Source: the human T2T-CHM13v2.0 reference genome, Homo sapiens. From it: DNA of 64,000 nucleotides. Shown piece by piece: positions 53,432-64,000 of the stretch (positions are counted from its first letter, which is position 1; each line of letters begins with the position of its first letter). The translations under genes were made by a program, and so were the position numbers. The notes beneath the pieces are model-generated. The model made no database searches. It saw only the letters and a list, made by a program, of their open reading frames with translations, and was not told the origin of the DNA. The stretch is from the NCBI RefSeq assembly GCF_009914755.1, contig NC_060939.1. One strand, given 5' to 3'.

Positions 53432-54526
53432 CCCATGATGTTTTCTTCCAAATAATTAGTCTCTGTTGCAAGTACTTTTGTAATATATCATCTTCCTGAT
53501 CTAAGAGCCTATTAGCATGATTCCTAGAGACACCTGGGAAGCTAAGCTTGGTTCTAGCCCACAGCACTGGGTTTAGCCATACATGGAGACTGGGCTGTTT
53601 GGGCATGGGGAGGCAAAGGATGATAAAAGAGGATTGTCTTTGTGCTTCAGTGGATTGAATAGAATGGAATGTGGACTGTATGAAATATGTTCTCATATTC
53701 CATGTAATGAGACCCTGAGATTGATGAGGGGCATCTGGCTTATGTGAGGTGGTCCCCAACATATAATTACACTAACTGCCTGCAGGACTGCACCAGTTTT
53801 AAAGCTGGAAGTATCTTCCTAGATTAAGTAGGTAATGACAACAGCACCAGTTTTAGTAAATAGAGCTACACTCACCCTCAGCACATGCAGCTGGCACAAA
53901 TGGAGCAGTCAAGCTTCTAAAGGTCTGATGTGAGCCCCACATGGACACTGTCATGCACAAGCATGAGCCAATCACGTGTGCACCTCTACCTGTCTCAAAT
54001 AACATTGCTCTTCTCTCCAGCCTGTGTCCTGACTGCATGGCCCCTTCTGTTTACTTTAGATAAGTAAACACTGTTTGATTTAGCCACGGAATGTCTGTGT
54101 CTGGATTTTCCTTTAATCTAAGTCCACTATTGACATTTGTCAATACAGTATAGTGGTCGTGTGGTTTTTCCATTACCTGATGGGCTTAAGTTTTGAAATG
54201 TAAAAAGTTGGGGTGTGGGGGGATGTTGTTTTTTCTTTACATTTTCGCAATCATCTCCTCTGCAGAAGGAATCAGCACAGAATGCCCTAGTTGCTTCACA
54301 GTAGAAGATGGAATGGAGAAGAGACACATCCCAGTTGCTTTTTTACAGTTTTATTTTTTAATATTATATACATCAAGTTCACAAACAAAAATGTGCAGTT
54401 ACATCATGAGCATCCATGTAGTCACCATCCAGGGCAAGAAACAGGACATCATCAGCCCTCCAGAAGTCCCTGGGTGCTTTGTTGCTAGCATCAATCTTCT
54501 CTGTACATGTAGCCACCCTGTTGACT

Positions 54527-55173
54527 GTGGGATCTGGACTGTGTCAACTTGGCTAAAATGGAATTAGGATTCCTGGAATTCCTGAGTTACTTGTAAAATA
54601 ACTCAACTAGATTTGTTCCTTCCCTACTCCACCCCACTCCCACCACCTAATTTTTATTTTCTTTGCAAGATGGAAGGCAGAAGTGAACAGCAAGTTTTGT
54701 GTCATAAAGGCTGTCACAGTTAGATGTGGTGACAGACAGACACAGGTGTCCCTGTCCTTGTCCTCCCATGCTGCACATCCAGCTCTTCTTTCCGAGGCAG
54801 GCCACGCTGAACCAACAGTTTTCCCAGCTCACCACTGGATATTTGGCTGCCAATCCTCAGGTGTGGTAGCTATGCAGAGGCTCTAGTCTTCAACTGACTT
54901 CTTCCCTCCACCAGCCCTTCACAGTCCTACTCCAGCAGCCTCACGTGCCTGATTTCTGGATCTTCTAGAAAGCTCTGATGTGTTCACTCCACGACAAACA
55001 GACCTTCAGGTGGTTGTTTAGTAGCTTTTCTCTACCCTTGAACTCTTTTTTGAACCTATACTTCCCCAGCTTCTCTCGTAACTGCATAGGGTCTATTTCC
55101 TCTAGTTAGAATGAATGTTGCATTCTACAATATTCACAGGGTTCCTCTTCCCTGATGGAACACTGACTGATAC
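54527..55173 (+). mobile_element. Old ERVL LTR (LTR52/MLT2E-F-like)
   Basis: tgtgg...tgtgtcaacttggcta 5' end; gaacactgactgataca 3' end. Confidence 0.5.
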
Positions 55174-55179
55174 AAAGAT

Positions 55180-56275
55180 TTTCACAATAATTACTTTCTT
55201 CTTTTTCTTTATAGTGTTATTATCAATGAGGCACGAGTTCATAAATACTGTAGTTTAGTTTTGCCTGTTTTTTTTAAGAATATATAAATTCTTACATATA
55301 TTATTATATATTATTATATTATTATATACTATATATTATATAATTATATAATATATAATATATATAATTATATTATATAATATATAATATATAAATACAT
55401 ATTATATATTAATTATATATTCTAATTAATTATATAATTAATTAATTAATTATATAATTATATAATTAATTAATTAATTAAATAATTATATATTATATAA
55501 TATATATTATAATATATAATATATAATATACATTACATATACTATATAATATATAATATACATTACATACACTATAATATATAATATACATTACATATAT
55601 TATAATATATATATTATTTAGTATGTCTTATTTTGTGTCTAGCTTTATTTACTCAACTTTATGTTTGCAAGATTCATCCATGCTGTTGTTTGAATCTGTA
55701 GCTTATTCATTTTCTTTGCTGTGAGAACTTCTTTGTATGAATAACTCACACTTAATTTTTCATTCTATTGTTGATGAGCATTTGGGTTGTCCATTTGGAC
55801 TATTATGAATAATGCTGCCCTAAACATTCTTGCACATGTCTCGGTACATCTATATATGCATTTTCGTTGTATATATATTTAAGGGCAGAACTGCTGAGTC
55901 ATTGAGTATGTGTGTCTTTGTGTTTAGTAGATAAAAATCTAACTGTTTAAATGTCTTTTTACCAGTCTACATTCCAATCAACATCGCAATTAGTATTACC
56001 AACCTTTTCATTTTAGCCATCCTGTCTGGTGGATGCCTAGGTGGACACTCATTTGTGTCTTAAATTGCATTTCCCTGATAATGAGGTTGCATACATCTCC
56101 ATATATTTATTAGCTATTTTGAAGTTTTTCCTGTTCATTTTTCCATTAGGTGTTTGTTTTGTTTTTTTCATTGATTTTGAATAATTCATAATATATTTTG
56201 AAAGTAAGTGAATGTATTTTAAATATGAGCCCATTTCTGTCTTAAGCATATAGTTTGATGAGTGCTGACATACAT
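55180..56275 (-). mobile_element. Old L1M fragment
   Basis: aagattcatccatgctgttg...ctattgttgatgagcatttggg...tgaataatgctgc. Confidence 0.75.
55290..55620. repeat. AT-rich low-complexity tract with a 46-bp perfect palindrome
   Basis: Nearly 100% AT; 55435-55480 is self-complementary. Confidence 0.95.
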
Positions 56276-56291
56276 ATAAATCAGTTGTTGA

Positions 56292-56597
<306 letters not shown>

Positions 56598-56608
56598 TCA
56601 GTTGTTGA

Positions 56609-58649
<2,041 letters not shown>

Positions 58650-60119
58650 TAAATAAATCAGTTGTTGAAAAGATTACCCATTATCTAATGAATTATCTTG
58701 GCAACTTTCTCAAAAAGCAATTACTCATATATATATATGAGTTCACTTCTCAACTCTCTTCTGTTCCACTGCTCTATATGTCTATATACCATGCTGTTTT
58801 GTTTATTATAGCTGATAGTAAGTCTTGAAATCAGAGAGTTTAAGTCCTCCAACATTTTTCTTCTTTTAAAAATGTTTACCTGTGTAATGAACCTGCACAT
58901 CCTGCACATGTACCCTGGAACTTAAAATAAAAGTTAATGAAAAAAATTGTATTTGTTATTTATGGTTCTTTGTCATTTCAAATTTTAAAAATCAATTGTC
59001 AGTGTCTGGTTTGAAAGCTTGCTTGGATTTACATTGCTTCATATATTAAACATCCCATTTTGGAGAGAATTGACATCGTAGCAATGTTGAGTCTTATGAT
59101 CCATGAACATGGTATATATGCCTATTTATTTAGATCTTTAATTTCTCTCAGCAAAGTTCTTGAATTTTTACTGTACATATCTCTTGTATTTAATCCTAAG
59201 TTTTATGTTTTTGACATTGTATTAAATGAATGTTTTTAGGATATTTTCCACTGGTTTGCTGCTAGTATAAAATAACTATTAATTTTTGTATATTATACTT
59301 GTATCCTACAGGTTTGCTAAATTTGTTTTTTATTTCTAATAGCTCTTTCATAAATTCCTTGGAGTTTTCTACATAAACAGTCATATTACCTGCAAACACA
59401 GGCAGTTTTACTTCTATTTTTCAATCTGTATACCTTTTATTTATTGTCCTTGTCTTATTGCAATGGCTATAACCTCTAATACAATGTTAAATAGTAGCAG
59501 TGAGAGTTACATCCTTACCTTGTGCTCAGGCTGAGAGGTAAAGCATTCACTATTTCACTATCAAATCAACCATGGTGTTAATTGCAGGTTTTTCATATAG
59601 ATGACCTATAGAAATGTGAGGAGGATCTCTTTTTTCCTACTTTACTGAGAGATTTTATTATTAATGGATTTTAAATGTTTTCACTTGCATTTTCCACATC
59701 TATTAAAATTATCATATTGTTTTTCTCCTTTCTTTATGTTGTTAATATGGTGAATTACATTGATTGATTTTCAAACATTAAGCCAACCTTGCATTTCTAG
59801 GATAAATCCCATGTGCTCATGGTATATTATCCTTTTTATATACTGTTGGATTCAATTTGCTAAAACTTTTTTTAGGAATTTTATGTCTATGTTCATGAGG
59901 AATATTGGTCTGAAATTTTATTTTATTTTATCTTTGGAATATCTTTCACAGATTTTGGTATTAGAGTTATGCTAACTTCAGATAATTAAATAATTGTCCT
60001 ACTTTATTTATTTTCTTAAGGATTTTATGTAAAATTGGTATTATTTTATTTTATCCTTGAATTTTTATAGAATTTACCAATAAAGCTATTTGAGGCTGGA
60101 ATTTTCTTTGTGAAGAGTT

Positions 60120-60387
60120 TTGTGTGTGTGTGTTTTGTTGTTGTTGTTCTTAAGAGACAAAGTCTTGTTCTGTCACCCAGGTTGGAGTACAGTGGCATGA
60201 TCACTGCAGCCTTGAACTCTTAGGCTCAATCTTCCCACCTCACTTCCTGAGTACCTAGGACCATAAGTGTGCACCACCATGCTTGGCTAATTTTTTTAAA
60301 TTTTTGTAGAGATGTGGTCTTGCAATGTTACTCAGTCTGGTCTCAAACTCCTTGCCTCAAGTGATCTCACCTCAGCCCCCCAAAGCA
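60120..60387 (-). mobile_element. AluJ
   Basis: Diverged antisense dimer. Confidence 0.85.
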
Positions 60388-60686
60388 GGAAGTTGTTTAA
60401 AAAAAAAAATTAAATTATTTAATAGATATAGGCTACTCAGAGTTTCTGTTTCATCTTATGTCAGTTCTCATGAATTATATTTTCAATTTTGTCTATAGTG
60501 TTGAATTTGTTGGTATACAGCTATTTATAATATGCCCTTCTATCTTTTTAATATCTGTATCTGTATTAATTAATTAATTTTCATTTATTCCTGGTGTGGG
60601 TCCTTTGTCTCCCCTCTATGACCAGTCTAACCAGGGATTTACCAATTTCATTCATCTTTTCAAGGAAACAACTTTGGCCTTGTTAA

Positions 60687-61104
<418 letters not shown>

Positions 61105-61161
61105 TAAGCCAGCACACCTAATAAAAGGATGTAAATCATTTTCCTCTAAACACTGATTTAG

Positions 61162-61548
<387 letters not shown>

Positions 61549-62649
61549 TAATTTCTTCTTTGACCTATGGGTTATAGAAAACCGTATTGTTGAATCTCCA
61601 AAATGTGCGTTTTTCATAGATGTCATAGTTGTTGGTTCTCATTTAATTCAATTTTGGTCAGAGAACATGCTCCAAAAAGCCCAAATTTTGAATTTACCTC
61701 TCTGGGTTTCTGTCATCCTCCAATATGCTTCTTTATCATATCAGCTCACTACAGCCTACATGTAGATCTTTTAAAAAAATATTTTGTCTGGTTTTCCTTA
61801 TTGTGCTAATGGGGAGAATTAATCCAAATGATCAAGTCATTCATTATCAGAAGTCACTATATATGCTTTTCAAACATGTGTCAGACAAAACCAATTGTTT
61901 AACATAAAAGTTAAGTCATAAATCTTTTGGTGGAATTTTTCTGCCTGGGATAGATTGGCTCTTTCCTTAAAACATGAGTCAAATGAAGTTTGAGCCAAAG
62001 ATATTTTCTCCCTGTCCTAGAACAAACTTCAAAATCAAGTTAGGCATTCTTTTTACAAGAATTTCCAAGAGATGCTCAAATTGAGGTCCTTTTTCACAAT
62101 TGTTCTTCATTGCCTATTTAGTTTATAAGAATGTCTTTGACATTAATTGCTGAGGAAGGAGAAATCTCACTTCTTCCTCTTCTTCTTCCATTCCTTAGTC
62201 TCTGTTTTATCAACCTAAAAAACTAATTTTGGACTGCATTCCTTTTCAACAATTAGATATACTATTTTCTAGAACTTCTACAATGCTCTATCTAGTCCTA
62301 CAGTTTTCCTCAAACCCCGATGTCATTGTTAGGAGGGAAAGATTATTCTCACTCGTTTATCATTCTATGTGGAGGGGCACCATTCTTTGTAACACTTCTG
62401 GCCTCACTCCAACTGGTGAGTTAGAAAAGAGGAACTGGGAATGTGCACTTCAGCTTCTTCTGTCCTCTCTCTCTGGAACAGGTTGCCCCAAAGAAGCACA
62501 CGTTCTGTTATGCTCCTCCAAGAACAAAAATTCACAAGCTAATACTTTTGGGTGGGTATAATTATCAAAGTCTGATAGATTATTAAACCCAAATATCAGG
62601 TTCATCATTAATAAGGGAACTATTCTGCTGGCTCCCTTGAATCCAATAG

Positions 62650-63485
<836 letters not shown>

Positions 63486-63636
63486 AGAGGTTTTCAGTCT
63501 CCAGTGTGGTGTAATAGGACAGAACTGAACCCAAATCCCAGCTTTGTGACTTTAGGCAGACGGTGGTTGTTCAAAGTCCCAGTTCCCTCCCTTGTGGAAA
63601 CAGAGACAAACAATGACCGTCTTCAAGGGCTGGTAA

Positions 63637-63999
<363 letters not shown>

Positions 64000-64000
64000 T

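Noticed and set aside
53600-54135. Possible ancient LTR ending ...ttgaca
   Set aside because: I could not assign a family or boundaries with enough confidence; needs a Dfam search.

Overview
Primate genomic DNA, most likely human or another ape (AluJ/S, THE1, L1PA and a solo LTR12C are present). I recognise no protein-coding gene, RNA gene or CRISPR array, and I cannot name the locus. Much of the window is transposon-derived: about 24 Alus, many MIR/L2, old L1M tracts, a 5'-truncated L1PA5/6-like copy, a full-length THE1 with both LTRs, solo THE1/MLT/MER21 LTRs, an ERV-L gag-pro remnant and hAT DNA transposons. The long ORFs in the track come from L1 ORF2, the THE1 internal region, Alus, LTR12C or GC-rich DNA. 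The main landmark is a non-repeat CpG island (~21.8-22.5 kb) next to a minus-strand LTR12C whose promoter points into it. A perfect splice donor at 22630 and candidate downstream exons suggest a possible LTR-driven spliced non-coding transcript; this is inference only. Oddities visible directly in the sequence: a 126-bp local templated insertion flanked by a 17-bp direct repeat, one target site duplicated twice by an Alu and then an L1, and perfect AT-rich palindromes. Repeat family names come from my recall of consensus sequences, not a RepeatMasker/Dfam run, and boundaries of old elements are approximate. I found no convincing evidence of a wholly new biological system.
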